A stretch of 64,000 bases of DNA from Vicinamibacteria bacterium (GTDB lineage: Bacteria > Acidobacteriota > Vicinamibacteria > Marinacidobacterales > Marinacidobacteraceae), in NCBI GenBank assembly GCA_964291235.2, contig OZ219816.1:352001-416000 (forward strand), given 5' to 3'. Of the stretch, positions 1-9,536 are shown piece after piece. The notes beneath the pieces were generated by a model. The model saw only the letters and a list, made by a program, of their open reading frames with translations. It ran no database searches and was not told the origin of the DNA. Within the stretch, counting starts at the first letter, position 1. Every line of letters starts with the position of its first letter. Made by a program: the position numbers and the translations under genes.

Positions 1-743
1 AGCGGTTCCGCAAGAAACTCCTGAACCAGCGGCCACATCGGATCCAGCACCGTGTTCCCGCCGATGCCGTCCACGAAGCTCGGTTCGGTGTCGATCCACT
101 GCGGCGATCCATGCTCGACCGCGGCCGCGACCTTCGCCGAGGTGGTGACCTCGACGGGGTGAACCCGCGCCGCCGAGCCCTTCAGGCGGAGGGAGTTCGA
201 TATCCCGCAGCTCAGGCCGCCGCCGCCGAAGGGGACGAGCACGACGTCCACGTCGGGGAGGTCCTCGAAGATCTCCAGCCCGGCGGTCGCGTTCCCCACC
301 ATGACCGGCGTTTCCTCGACCGGGTGGACGAAGCGGGCGTCGAGCCCGGGGTGGGTGTGGGTGACGATCGCCTTCCACCACTCCGGGAACGGCTGGACCA
401 CGATCTCCGCCCCCAGCGCCGCAATGGACCGGCGCTTGTTCTCCGGCGAGGTTTCGGGCACCACCACAGTGCAGGGAACGCCCCTTTCGCGGGCCATGAA
501 GGCCGCCGCCTGGGCCCAGTTCCCGGCGCTCGCGGTCACGACCCCGCGGGAAAGTTCCGCGTCGCTGAGCGTCGCGAAGAGGTTCGCCGCGGCCCGGATC
601 TTGAAGCAGGCGAAGGGCTGGAGGTTCTCCAGTTTTAGCCAGATCTCGTCCGGGCCATCCACCGGAAGCCGCACCAGCGGGGTCCGGACCGCGTACGGCG
701 CAATCCGCGAACGCGCCGCCTCGATCTCACTCAGGGGAATCAT
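1..743 (-). CDS. PLP-dependent threonine/serine dehydratase-family protein (3' end runs off the window)
   Basis: Not in the ORF track. Manual translation from ATG 743 gives MIPLSEIEAARSRIAPYAVRTPL..LKLENLQPFACFKIR (PLP lysine motif), SAGN and VPFGGGGL. Confidence 0.88.
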   Translation of the reverse strand, partial: MIPLSEIEAARSRIAPYAVRTPLVRLPVDGPDEIWLKLENLQPFACFKIRAAANLFATLSDAELSRGVVTASAGNWAQAAAFMARERGVPCTVVVPETSPENKRRSIAALGAEIVVQPFPEWWKAIVTHTHPGLDARFVHPVEETPVMVGNATAGLEIFEDLPDVDVVLVPFGGGGLSCGISNSLRLKGSAARVHPVEVTTSAKVAAAVEHGSPQWIDTEPSFVDGIGGNTVLDPMWPLVQEFLAEP

Positions 744-801
744 GGGCGCGGGAGTCTATGCGGCTCCGGGCGCGCGCCCGGCCGCCGGGAAACCGATCGG
801 A

Positions 802-1578
802 CTATGAAGTCCGGGAAGTCCGGCGCGAATAGACGATCCGGATCCCCTCGAGCGTCAGGCGCTCGTCCACGACGTCCACGACTCCGGTCCATTCGGCCAC
901 CTGCTGGGCCAGCCCGCCGGTAGCGATCACCGTGTAGTTGCCGCCGAGTTCCTCCTTCAGCAGACGGACCATCTCCCGCACCATCCCGGTCCAGCCGAGG
1001 ACGAGCCCGGACTGCATCGCGGCGACGGTGTGGGTCCCCACCACCCGTTTCGGCGGCCGCAGCTCCACCTTCGGCAGGCGGGCCGTCCGCCGGACCAGCG
1101 CTTCGGCCGACACGCCGAGTCCGGGCGCGATGGCCCCGCCCCGGTACTCCCCCTGCTCGGAGACCACGTCGAAGGTGAGCGCGGTGCCCGCATCGAGGAC
1201 AATGGCGGCGACCCCGTAGAGGTGGTGGACCGCCACGGTATTGGCGATCCGGTCCGCACCGGTCTCCTCGGGAGTGTCCACCGCCAGGCGGATCCCGTGG
1301 GCGGTCTTGTGGTTCAGGACGAAAAGCTGGTTCCCGAAGTAGCGCTCCGCGAGGTTGCGCAGGATCTCGGTCGATGACGGCACCACGCTCGCTGCCGCGA
1401 GCCCCCGGATGTCGTCCCTCGAGACCCCGGCCCCCGCGAGCAGGCTGTCGAGCAGCGCGACGGTCTCGTCCGCGAGGCGTTCCGTCTGGGTGGAAATACG
1501 CCAGTCGTGAACCCAGCGCTCCCCGTCGTGAAGGCCGATGGCGGTCTTCGTGTTGCCGACGTCGAAGACGAGGAGCAT
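802..1578 (-). CDS. coaX: Type III pantothenate kinase
   Basis: MLLVFDVGNT, GADR, DAGTA, GGAIAPG, IATGG and LTLEG motifs. Start placed at ATG 1578. Confidence 0.95.
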   Translation of the reverse strand: MLLVFDVGNTKTAIGLHDGERWVHDWRISTQTERLADETVALLDSLLAGAGVSRDDIRGLAAASVVPSSTEILRNLAERYFGNQLFVLNHKTAHGIRLAVDTPEETGADRIANTVAVHHLYGVAAIVLDAGTALTFDVVSEQGEYRGGAIAPGLGVSAEALVRRTARLPKVELRPPKRVVGTHTVAAMQSGLVLGWTGMVREMVRLLKEELGGNYTVIATGGLAQQVAEWTGVVDVVDERLTLEGIRIVYSRRTSRTS

Positions 1579-1606
1579 GTCTGTCCGCCGAATGCTACGG
1601 GAACGG

Positions 1607-2563
1607 TTACTCCGGCTCCAGATCACCCGAGGCGTGGCGCGAAGCGTTCGCGCGCCAGATCCCCGCGAGCACACTGCCGATCAGCGAGTGGAAGAGGCTC
1701 GAAATCGCGCTCGGCACCGCGACCAGCGGACTCGTGAAGTTCTGCCCCGCGAGGACCACCCCGAGGCCGGAGTTCTGCATGCCGACTTCGATCGAGACCG
1801 TGCGCGCCGTCGGGACACGCTTCGAAACCAGCCGGGTCAGTCCGTAGCCGAAGAAGAACCCCCCGGCATGGAGCGCGAACACCGCCACGACCAGCAGGTC
1901 ACCCGATTCGAGGATGATCGCCCGGCTGGAGCCGATGATGGAGGCCACGATCAGGGTGATCAGCACCACGGACGTGAAGGGTCCGAAAGGCAGCACCACG
2001 CGGGTGAGCCGCTGGGCGTAGCGCCTCAGGAAGAGGCCGGCGGCGATCGGGAGGATGACTACCTGCACCGTGCTGAGCAGCAATCCGGCAGCCGGCACGT
2101 CGATCCGGCTGCTCGCCAGCAGCGAGGTCATCGCCGGCGTCATCAGCACCGAGAGACTCGTCGAGACCGCCGTCATGGACACCGAGAGCGGCACGTCGGC
2201 CAGCGCGAGGTAGGAGATGACGTTCGAGGCCACGCCGCCCGGGCAGCAGGAGACGAGGATCAGGCCGACCGCGAATTCCCGGGGCAGATCGAGCGCCCAG
2301 GCCACCGTCCAGCCCATCAGCGGCATCACCAGGTACTGGAGCACCACCCCGAGCCCGATGGGCGCCGGCCGCTTCAGGACCCGCCGGAAGTCGTCCACCT
2401 CCAGCGTCAGCCCCATCCCCAGCATGATGAGCCCCAGCCCGTAGGTGATCAGGTCCCCGCTGAACCAGGTGAAGATCCCCGGCCGCCACAGCGCGATCAC
2501 GCTGGCGAGCAGGACCCAGACCGGGAAGGCGAAGGTCCCGACCCGGAGGGCCCGGTGGAGCAT
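1607..2563 (-). CDS. Bile acid:Na+ symporter (BASS) family transporter, possibly PanS-like
   Basis: MLGMGLTL, QYLVMP, CCPGGVASN and SIEVGMQNSGL motifs; about 9-10 hydrophobic segments. Confidence 0.9.
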   Translation of the reverse strand: MLHRALRVGTFAFPVWVLLASVIALWRPGIFTWFSGDLITYGLGLIMLGMGLTLEVDDFRRVLKRPAPIGLGVVLQYLVMPLMGWTVAWALDLPREFAVGLILVSCCPGGVASNVISYLALADVPLSVSMTAVSTSLSVLMTPAMTSLLASSRIDVPAAGLLLSTVQVVILPIAAGLFLRRYAQRLTRVVLPFGPFTSVVLITLIVASIIGSSRAIILESGDLLVVAVFALHAGGFFFGYGLTRLVSKRVPTARTVSIEVGMQNSGLGVVLAGQNFTSPLVAVPSAISSLFHSLIGSVLAGIWRANASRHASGDLEPE

Positions 2564-2746
2564 CGCGGGAGCTTAGTGGGCGTCCCGGCACGGGAGCCCA
2601 CAACGGTTCCCCTCCTGGCCGGGGTCCCGGCGGTCGGTGGTGACGCATGGGCCGAAGGGCGTTACGCCGTCCCCGCCCCCGTGCCCCCGGTGGGGCGCTC
2701 GTGCCGACCCACCGTCAGCGCAATCGGGATCCCTCCCGGCTTCCGC

Positions 2747-3874
2747 CTACCGCCGCCTCGCGGTCAGCGTCAGCGACGGGCGATCGCCGCCGGCATGCAC
2801 AAAATCGAGGACGATCCGGCCCTCCACGTCCCGGTGCTGGAAGGCCGGCTGGTCCAGCGACGTGAGGTCCCAGCCCGGCGGCAGCACGATCCGGGTCCGC
2901 GGCCGGGCCAGGAAGCGCAGCAACCGGAAGTCGCCGTCCTCGAGCAGCTCGAACCCCCGGTTGATGGCCGTCTGATAGAGACGGACGCGGGCGTTGCCGC
3001 CCTCCGGCACGGAGTACCCGAGGTCCGCCACCAGCACCCTGGCGCCGTCGGGAAGGGGCGCCGGCGCGTGCGGAATCGCGGCCGCCTCTGCGGCGGGCAC
3101 GATGCGAGTCGGCAGCTCCACCCCGCGGTCCACGTCCAGGGTGACCGGATCCAGGATCTCGTCGGTCGGGAGCAAGACCGAGAACACGTGCGCCTGCCCC
3201 GGCGTATCGATCAGGAGTTCGAGCGCGAGGCTCAGCCGGTGTTCTGCGGGATCCTCCAGCCAATAGACGATGTTCCGCTCGTCGTCCGCCCGGAAGTCAC
3301 CCTCGATCGTCCGGTCCCTGCCCGGGTCTCCGGATTCGATCTCGAGCCGCAGCGGGAGGGGCTCCGGGCCGGGGTGGAGGATGCCCAGTTTCAGCCGGCC
3401 TTCCTCCACCGCGGTCTGCACCGGAACGCTGGAACCCGCGAGGACGGTTCCAGGCGGCAACACCACGGTGATCCGGCCGGCCGGCGCCGCGTGCTCGAAG
3501 GTCCACCCGGTACCGCTCGGCCGAAAGTAGTTGTGCCGGGCGGCCACCTCTTCGATACGGAGACGCCGCTCCGCCCGTTCTTCGAGCGTCCTGCCGAGCG
3601 GAATCCGGACCCCGTCCCCGGTGACCGTCGGCGAAAGAGCTTCTCCCGAGGCACGGTCCACCACGGCAACCAGGTTCCGGATGTTTCGGTCCGAGAGAGC
3701 GAACACATAGTCCGTGGTCCCGGCGCCATCGGCGATCCGGTCCGAGACGATCCGGATCTCTCCCTCGCCGATCTCGTAACGGGTGGCAAGCGCCAGGCTG
3801 CGCAGCGGATCGTCCGGCGCGGCCGCCGCTGCCAGCGGAGCCCCCATCAAGAGCGCGGTGAGAAGTCTCTTCAT
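2747..3874 (-). CDS. Secreted hypothetical protein with an internally duplicated domain
   Basis: Signal peptide MKRLLTALLMGAPLAAAAA from ATG 3874. Both halves contain (V/I)VLPPG..EGR. Confidence 0.75.
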   Translation of the reverse strand: MKRLLTALLMGAPLAAAAAPDDPLRSLALATRYEIGEGEIRIVSDRIADGAGTTDYVFALSDRNIRNLVAVVDRASGEALSPTVTGDGVRIPLGRTLEERAERRLRIEEVAARHNYFRPSGTGWTFEHAAPAGRITVVLPPGTVLAGSSVPVQTAVEEGRLKLGILHPGPEPLPLRLEIESGDPGRDRTIEGDFRADDERNIVYWLEDPAEHRLSLALELLIDTPGQAHVFSVLLPTDEILDPVTLDVDRGVELPTRIVPAAEAAAIPHAPAPLPDGARVLVADLGYSVPEGGNARVRLYQTAINRGFELLEDGDFRLLRFLARPRTRIVLPPGWDLTSLDQPAFQHRDVEGRIVLDFVHAGGDRPSLTLTARRR

Positions 3875-4187
3875 GGCGCCGTCGGCCTCCAGGACCGGCC
3901 CCAATAGTGTTCCGCCTCCCAAGGAGCCCTGCAAACCCGCACCCCGCGCCGTTTGACGGGACGCCGGCAACGACCGACGACACCGCCAAGGACGCGGGGA
4001 CGGCGCACCTCGCCGCTTGGCGCTCCCCCCTGCTTCGGGGCAGTGACACTTCGGAAACCGAAGTGGGCGCGCTCGAGGGAGCGCTTTCCAAGGGCCCGGC
4101 GCAGCACCAGAGGTGCTCCGCGGGGCCGGGTGCGCGCGCCGCCGCCGTTTCTGCCCGCAGGGGCCTCGGCGCCGCGCCGGGTCGCCC

Positions 4188-4883
4188 TCAGCGGGCGCAG
4201 GCGGAGATCTCGGGGTGCGCGGTCCAGGCGGTGAACTCTTCGCCCGCGGTCGGCAACTCCACGGCCACCGAGGCTCCCGGTGCGAGGTCGGTGCGCTCCG
4301 TCGGGCCCAACTCGGTCCCGGTGGACAGATGCACTTCGACGCGGACGGCGCAGAGCCTCGCTGGCGTCGTGTTCTCCACATTGCCGCGGAAGGCCTGCCG
4401 TGCCGGGTCAAACGAGAGGATCAGCCGGGCGCCCCGGCGGGTCCGGTCCCAGGTTTCCCCGCGCCCCAGGTATTCGCCCGACTCCTCGCCTTCGGATCCA
4501 CCCTCGTCGTGACCCTCGGCGCGACCCTCGGCGCTCCCGTGCTCCGCCCCGGCGCGGCCGCCATGCTCTCCTCCGCCGCCAGCCTCGCGGGCGCCGTGTT
4601 CCCCTTCGGTCCCGCCATTCTCGGCTTCCCCGCCGCCGCGTCCGTGCTCCCCCTCACGGCGCTCGGTCTCTCCCGCGCTTTGGGTCCGCTCCGGGACACC
4701 CGCCGCGACGCTCTCGTCCGTATTCGAGGCCGGCGTCGCCGCCTCCTGACCCGGACTCGCGGCGTCCGCCCCGGACGCTCCCTCACCGGCCGGGCCGGAA
4801 CAAGCCAGGACTCCGAGGAGAGCGAGCGCGAGCACGGTGGGGAACAGGAGAGGAAGCGGGGTGCTGTGCGGGTTGCGATCCAT
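4188..4883 (-). CDS. Putative lipoprotein with a Gly/Glu/His-rich linker and a C-terminal beta-rich domain
   Basis: C-terminal part of ORF 4188..6860, from ATG 4883. Lipobox VLAC, repeated (G/A)EHG/EGH motifs, domain ENTT..VRVEVHLSTGTELGPT..DLAPG. Confidence 0.75.
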   Translation of the reverse strand: MDRNPHSTPLPLLFPTVLALALLGVLACSGPAGEGASGADAASPGQEAATPASNTDESVAAGVPERTQSAGETERREGEHGRGGGEAENGGTEGEHGAREAGGGGEHGGRAGAEHGSAEGRAEGHDEGGSEGEESGEYLGRGETWDRTRRGARLILSFDPARQAFRGNVENTTPARLCAVRVEVHLSTGTELGPTERTDLAPGASVAVELPTAGEEFTAWTAHPEISACAR

Positions 4884-5066
4884 GGTCGAAGTCACTCGGA
4901 AACCGGCTCTTCGTGAAGGAGGCCGGGCTCTATCTGGTTCGTGGGCGCCCTTGATGGGACCGCCGCGTCCGTTGTTGTTTCCGGGCGCGGCCATCGAGTC
5001 TAACGCGGCAATTCGGGATTCGTTCCCGGCCGTCGCGGCGGCCGCCAACCGCGTTACATTGCCGTC

Positions 5067-5975
5067 ATGCATCGAATACCGGACAACACACCGTCCCTGT
5101 GGACGGGGCCTTTCTGTCGAGGAATTCGCCCCGTGCTGCTCATCGTCTTCGCCGTGCTGTCGCTCGGCGCTTTCGCCTGCGATTCGGGAACGACCCCCGA
5201 AGGACCCGAGTCCGGTCCCGAGGGCGCCGAATCCGGCGGTGAGTCCGGTGGTGAGTCCGGTGGTGAGGGCGGCGGTGGCGAGCCCGGTGAGGGTGGTGTC
5301 CAGTTCGCCAAGGATGAGACGGCCACCGACGTTCGCCAGGGCGTCGAACTGACCGTCAACTTCGACGCTGCGAGGGGGGTGTTCACCTACGCGCTTCAGA
5401 ACACGACCGCCGCGGCGGTCAGCCAGGTCCGCGTCGAGATCCATCTGTCCAACGGCTGCGAGATCGGTCCCACCCCCAACGTGGACCTGGCCGCCGGAGA
5501 GACGAAGACCGCTGAACTCGACCCGGACAACGAGCCGGAACCGGAATGCCAGCAGGACTTCACCACGTTCAGCATCCACGTGGAGCTCGGCCCCGGCGGG
5601 TCCGAGACCGGTGAGGGCGGTGGCGAAGGCGGCGAGGGCGGCGGCGGCGAGGCCGGTGAGGGCGGCGTCCAGTTCGCCAAGAACGAGACGGCCACCGACG
5701 TTCGTCAGGGCGTGGCGCTCACCGTCAACTTCGACGCCGCCCGCGAGGTGTTCACCTACACGCTCGAGAACACGACCGCCGCGGCGGTCAGCCAGGTCCG
5801 CGTCGAGATCCATCTGTCCAACGGCTGCGAGATCGGTCCCACCCCCAACGTGGACCTGGCCGCCGGAGAGACGAAGACCGCTGAACTCGACCCGGACAAC
5901 GAGCCGGAACCGGAATGCCAGCAGGACTTCACCACTTTCAGCATCCACGTGGAGCTCGGCTCCGGCACGTCGTAG
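5067..5975 (+). CDS. Putative lipoprotein with two tandem copies of the domain found in 4188..4883
   Basis: Lipobox-like AFAC, Gly/Glu linkers, two copies of NTT..VRVEIHLSNGCEIGPT..DLAAG. Confidence 0.8.
   Translation: MHRIPDNTPSLWTGPFCRGIRPVLLIVFAVLSLGAFACDSGTTPEGPESGPEGAESGGESGGESGGEGGGGEPGEGGVQFAKDETATDVRQGVELTVNFDAARGVFTYALQNTTAAAVSQVRVEIHLSNGCEIGPTPNVDLAAGETKTAELDPDNEPEPECQQDFTTFSIHVELGPGGSETGEGGGEGGEGGGGEAGEGGVQFAKNETATDVRQGVALTVNFDAAREVFTYTLENTTAAAVSQVRVEIHLSNGCEIGPTPNVDLAAGETKTAELDPDNEPEPECQQDFTTFSIHVELGSGTS
5298..5960 (+). repeat. Intragenic tandem duplication, period 369 bp (123 aa)
   Basis: gtccagttcgccaag occurs at 5298 and 5667. The downstream parts of the two units are nearly identical at DNA level. 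Confidence 0.9.
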
Positions 5976-6173
5976 GCCCCGCGCGGCAGGCGCCGGCGTG
6001 GGGCTCGCTGGCCCCGGCACCAGGCGCCGGAGACCAGGACGGGGTTGACGGTCAGGCTCCGGGCCGGCCTTCGCACCGGGGCTCACCGGAACCCGTCTCG
6101 GGTAGGGTTGTCGCTGTTGTCCGCGTCCCGCAAATCCGCTTTCGACGACGGGGAATCCGTCCCTGAGGAGCCC

Positions 6174-7538
6174 ATGAGTAGCGGGGACCCGATCGGCGAC
6201 GAAGCGAGGTCGCGCCTCGCCGCGTGGCGCGCCCACCTCGCGGAGGCGGGCGCAGCCTCGGACGCCGACCTCGATGAGCGGCAGCGGGCGCTCACAGCGG
6301 AAATTGCCGCGCTTCGAGAGGCCGGTCTCGATCCGGACGAAGCCTTCCTGGTGGCTCTGAAACGGGTTGGAAAACGGGATGCAGCGACTCGCGAGTTTGC
6401 CAGCCGGCACGCGACCCGGCTTCTGGAGCCACGAGCCGAACCAGGGACGGGCCGCTGGGGGCTCGGGATCGAAACGTGGGTCGCGCTGGGGCTCGGTGCG
6501 CTCGCCGCCGCTACCGCCAAGGCTCTGCAGTTCTTCGGCCCTCCCCTCACGGAGGACGCCATCGCGTTTTACGCCCGCAACGAGGGCGTGCTGGCCCTGG
6601 GCTGTGTCGCCGGCTATTTTGCCTGGAAGCGCGGCCTGGCGGCCTCCCGCTCGCTGCGGATCGGGGCGGCCTTCGTGGCCGCCGCGGTGCTTGCCAACGT
6701 CTTCCCGTTCGCCGCGGCCGGATCCACCGATGTACTCACCGCGCTGCATCTGCCGATCGCGCTGTGGCTGGCGATCGGCATCGCCCATGCCGGCGGACGC
6801 TGGGACCTGGCCGCGCGCCGCATGCGCTTCGTTCGGTTCTCCGGCGAGTTCTTCATCCACGGCGTGCTGATCGCGCTTGGCGGTCTGGTCCTCTCCGCCG
6901 TCACCCTCACCCTGTTCGGGAGGATCGGGGTGGACACCGATCGGCTCTGGGGCGCCTGGGTGCTGCCCTGCGGGACCGCCGGCGCCCTCGTCCTTGCATC
7001 GTGGCTGGCGGAAACCAGGACCCGCGCCGCCGGGAGCCTGGCGCCGGTTCTGGCCCGGATATTCACGCCTCTGTTCGCCTTTGCGCTGCTCGCGCTGCTG
7101 CTCACGATGGCCTGGACGGGAGCCGGCCTCCGGATCGAGCGCGATGTCCTCATCGTGCTCGACCTGCTGCTGGCCGTGGTCGTCGGCCTGGTTCTGTACG
7201 CCGTTTCGGCGCGGTCCCCCGAAGCCGGCCCTCGGCCGTTCGACGCCTTGCAGTTGCTGCTGGTGGCGCTCGCGCTCGTGGTGGACCTGCTGGCGCTCGG
7301 AGCAACCGGCGCGCGGATCGCCGAGTTCGGCTTCACCGCGAACCGGACGGCCGCCCTGGGCCTCAACCTGATCCTGCTCGTGAACCTGGCCGGGTCGGCC
7401 TGGTGCTACCTGGGGTTCTGGCGCGGGCGCGGTTCGTTCGCTGCGCTCGAACGCTGGCAGACCGGTTTTCTACCGGTGTACGCCGGCTGGGCCGTGGTGG
7501 TCGTCGCCCTGTTTCCGCCGCTCTTCGGATACCGCTGA
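6174..7538 (+). CDS. Polytopic membrane protein with an N-terminal permease-prefix-like domain
   Basis: N-terminal WRAHL..GLDPDEAFLVALKRVG motif followed by about 11 hydrophobic helices. Start at ATG 6174. Confidence 0.8.
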   Translation: MSSGDPIGDEARSRLAAWRAHLAEAGAASDADLDERQRALTAEIAALREAGLDPDEAFLVALKRVGKRDAATREFASRHATRLLEPRAEPGTGRWGLGIETWVALGLGALAAATAKALQFFGPPLTEDAIAFYARNEGVLALGCVAGYFAWKRGLAASRSLRIGAAFVAAAVLANVFPFAAAGSTDVLTALHLPIALWLAIGIAHAGGRWDLAARRMRFVRFSGEFFIHGVLIALGGLVLSAVTLTLFGRIGVDTDRLWGAWVLPCGTAGALVLASWLAETRTRAAGSLAPVLARIFTPLFAFALLALLLTMAWTGAGLRIERDVLIVLDLLLAVVVGLVLYAVSARSPEAGPRPFDALQLLLVALALVVDLLALGATGARIAEFGFTANRTAALGLNLILLVNLAGSAWCYLGFWRGRGSFAALERWQTGFLPVYAGWAVVVVALFPPLFGYR

Positions 7539-7559
7539 GCGCCTTCGGGCGGCGGGTGA

Positions 7560-8513
7560 TCAGTAGCGGATCTTCAGGTAGAAGGCGAGCGCCGCGTAGG
7601 AGACGCTCTCCTCGGTCCGGATGCGGAAGGTCACCGGCTCGCTGCCATCGAGACGGAGCTGCGACGCGTGGCTGCGGAGCCGCTCCCAGTCGGTTTCGTC
7701 CTCGAAGGAGTCCGAACGGACGTAGCGCGCCTGAAGGCCGACCGACGCCGCGTCGGAGACCTTCCAATCGGCGCCGGCAAGGGCCTGAAACCCCGACAGG
7801 CGATCGCTCAGTTCACCCTGCTTGCTGGAGGTCGTCCCGGCCAGGTTCCGGCGAACTTCGTCCTCGTTCGGGAGGCCGGCCGCGGTGGCGATCTTCGCCG
7901 GATCGGAGTTCCGCACCCAGAGATCGCCGTAGTCGAGTTCGGTCCAGGACAGCCCGGCGCCGACCCCGACGAAGGGCGTGACCGCTCCCTCGACCGGCAG
8001 GTCGAAGACGAAGTTCAAGAAGATGTTCCGCGACGAGACGCTGCCGATCCGGTCTTCTGCGCGCACGATCTCGCCCTCCAGCTTGCCGGCGGTGTCGCCG
8101 GTGGCGCTCGCCACCGGCGAGGTCTGGTCGTACTCGGATTCGCGGTGGAACGTCTCCACTTCCATGCGGAGCCAGTCTGTGACCCGGTGACCGACCGCCA
8201 GACCGGCAAGAACGCCGCTGGCCGAATCAAAGGCGGTCTGCCAGCCCGCGGACGAGCCCCGGTCCGGATCCGTGCAGCCCGGTATTTCGGCGTAGCGCGG
8301 GTTGATGAACTCGTCACAGCGGCTCGCCCGGTCGTTGCTCTTCCCGAGCAGGGTGACGGAGCCGGCGCGGTTCGCCCCGAGGTCCGCACGCAGGTAGAAC
8401 CCGGACCGTTTCTCCTCGGCAGGGGCGCCGGGGACGGCGACGAGGAGGAGCGCGGCCGCCAGGGCGGCGCCGATGCGGACTGCCGCGCAGCCCATCAGGA
8501 AGACCCTATCCAT
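7560..8513 (-). CDS. Outer-membrane beta-barrel protein (OmpA/OmpW-like transmembrane fold)
   Basis: Signal peptide, GFYLRADLG, LRMEVE, TPFVGVGAG, alternating beta pattern and a C-terminal aromatic residue (YLKIRY). Confidence 0.75.
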   Translation of the reverse strand: MDRVFLMGCAAVRIGAALAAALLLVAVPGAPAEEKRSGFYLRADLGANRAGSVTLLGKSNDRASRCDEFINPRYAEIPGCTDPDRGSSAGWQTAFDSASGVLAGLAVGHRVTDWLRMEVETFHRESEYDQTSPVASATGDTAGKLEGEIVRAEDRIGSVSSRNIFLNFVFDLPVEGAVTPFVGVGAGLSWTELDYGDLWVRNSDPAKIATAAGLPNEDEVRRNLAGTTSSKQGELSDRLSGFQALAGADWKVSDAASVGLQARYVRSDSFEDETDWERLRSHASQLRLDGSEPVTFRIRTEESVSYAALAFYLKIRY

Positions 8514-8582
8514 GCGCGTTAGCGTAATCCCGCCAGCGGACGGGCCGCCGGTTCCGATGCGGACGGTGTCCGCGTCCCAGGT

Positions 8583-9422
8583 TCAGCGGATCAGTTCGAA
8601 ATCGGGGGCCTCGGCCACTACTCCGGCCCGTTCGGCCATAGAAAAAAGCACCCTGAGAGCCGCCTCCCCGGAGTCCCCCATGTCGCGGGTCAGCACGGAG
8701 ACGTACATCTTGACGAACTTCCGGCCCAACTCGCGTTCGAGGCCGCGGCCGAAGAGCAGGGCGTAGTCGAGGGCCTCGTCCTCGTTGGCGTAGGCCCAGT
8801 CGATGCTGGCCCGCATCGCCCGGTTGATCTCGACCGCCAGGTCCCGTCCCAGATCGCGCCGGACCACATCGAGTCCGAGCGGGAGCGGCAGCCCGTGCTC
8901 CTCCTCGAACCGGACGCCGAAATCCGAGAGCAGGTGGAATCCGCGCGCCCCGTAGGTCAGTTGGCCTTCGTGAATGACGACTCCCGCCTCGGCCCGACCC
9001 TCTTCGACGGCTTCGAAGATCTGGTCGAAGGGCACGATGACCGGCTCGAACTCCCCGATGTAGCAGCGGGCGAGAAGCGCCGCGGTGGTTCGGGGGCCGG
9101 GGATGGCGACCCGGCGTCCGGCGAGGTCTTCCAGGTTCCCGGCTTTGCGGCTCACCACCACGGGGCCGTACCCCTCTCCCATGCTCGCTCCGGTCGCCAT
9201 GATCCAGTAGCGATCCGCCACCGAGAGATAGGCGTGTGCGGAGATCGCAGTGATCGGCAGCTCGCCGGCAAGCGCCCGGTCGTTCAGGCTCTCGATGTCC
9301 TCGAGGACATGTTCCACCTGGTAGTCGCGGATGCGTACCGCGCCCTTCGCGAGGGCGCAGAACATGAAGGCGTCATCGGGGTCGGGGCTGTGCCCGACGC
9401 GCAGGATGGGTGATGGGGTCAC
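8583..9422 (-). CDS. mqnD: 1,4-dihydroxy-6-naphthoate synthase (futalosine menaquinone pathway)
   Basis: GHSPDPDDAFMF, DIESLN, GEGYGP, IHEGQLTY and LPLPLG motifs. Confidence 0.9.
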   Translation of the reverse strand: MTPSPILRVGHSPDPDDAFMFCALAKGAVRIRDYQVEHVLEDIESLNDRALAGELPITAISAHAYLSVADRYWIMATGASMGEGYGPVVVSRKAGNLEDLAGRRVAIPGPRTTAALLARCYIGEFEPVIVPFDQIFEAVEEGRAEAGVVIHEGQLTYGARGFHLLSDFGVRFEEEHGLPLPLGLDVVRRDLGRDLAVEINRAMRASIDWAYANEDEALDYALLFGRGLERELGRKFVKMYVSVLTRDMGDSGEAALRVLFSMAERAGVVAEAPDFELIR

Positions 9423-9536
9423 GGGTCTATTCCTTTCGTTGGTGCGGAGGGTTGGGCGGAAGTATGGCCTCGTCCGTGCGCCGTACCGTGACGCAAGGTC
9501 CGGATTTTCGAAGACCCCGTTCCACGACGATTGGCG

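Noticed and set aside
1538-3907. Many long antisense or alternative-frame ORFs (e.g. 1538..3907, 34563..37304, 52378..54930, 57886..60351)
   Set aside because: These are shadow ORFs of high-GC genes: Arg/Pro/Gly-rich, without motifs, and overlapping well-supported genes.
3990-4110. Possible cobalamin riboswitch or ncRNA around the hairpin CACTTCGG-AAA-CCGAAGTG
   Set aside because: Only a vague TCACTG..GGGAG resemblance; the conserved GGGAA, CCCGCAACTGT and AGYCAG elements are missing.
5298-5960. Diversity-generating retroelement TR/VR pair
   Set aside because: Both repeats are in-frame domains of one gene, the differences are not adenine-specific, and no reverse transcriptase is present.
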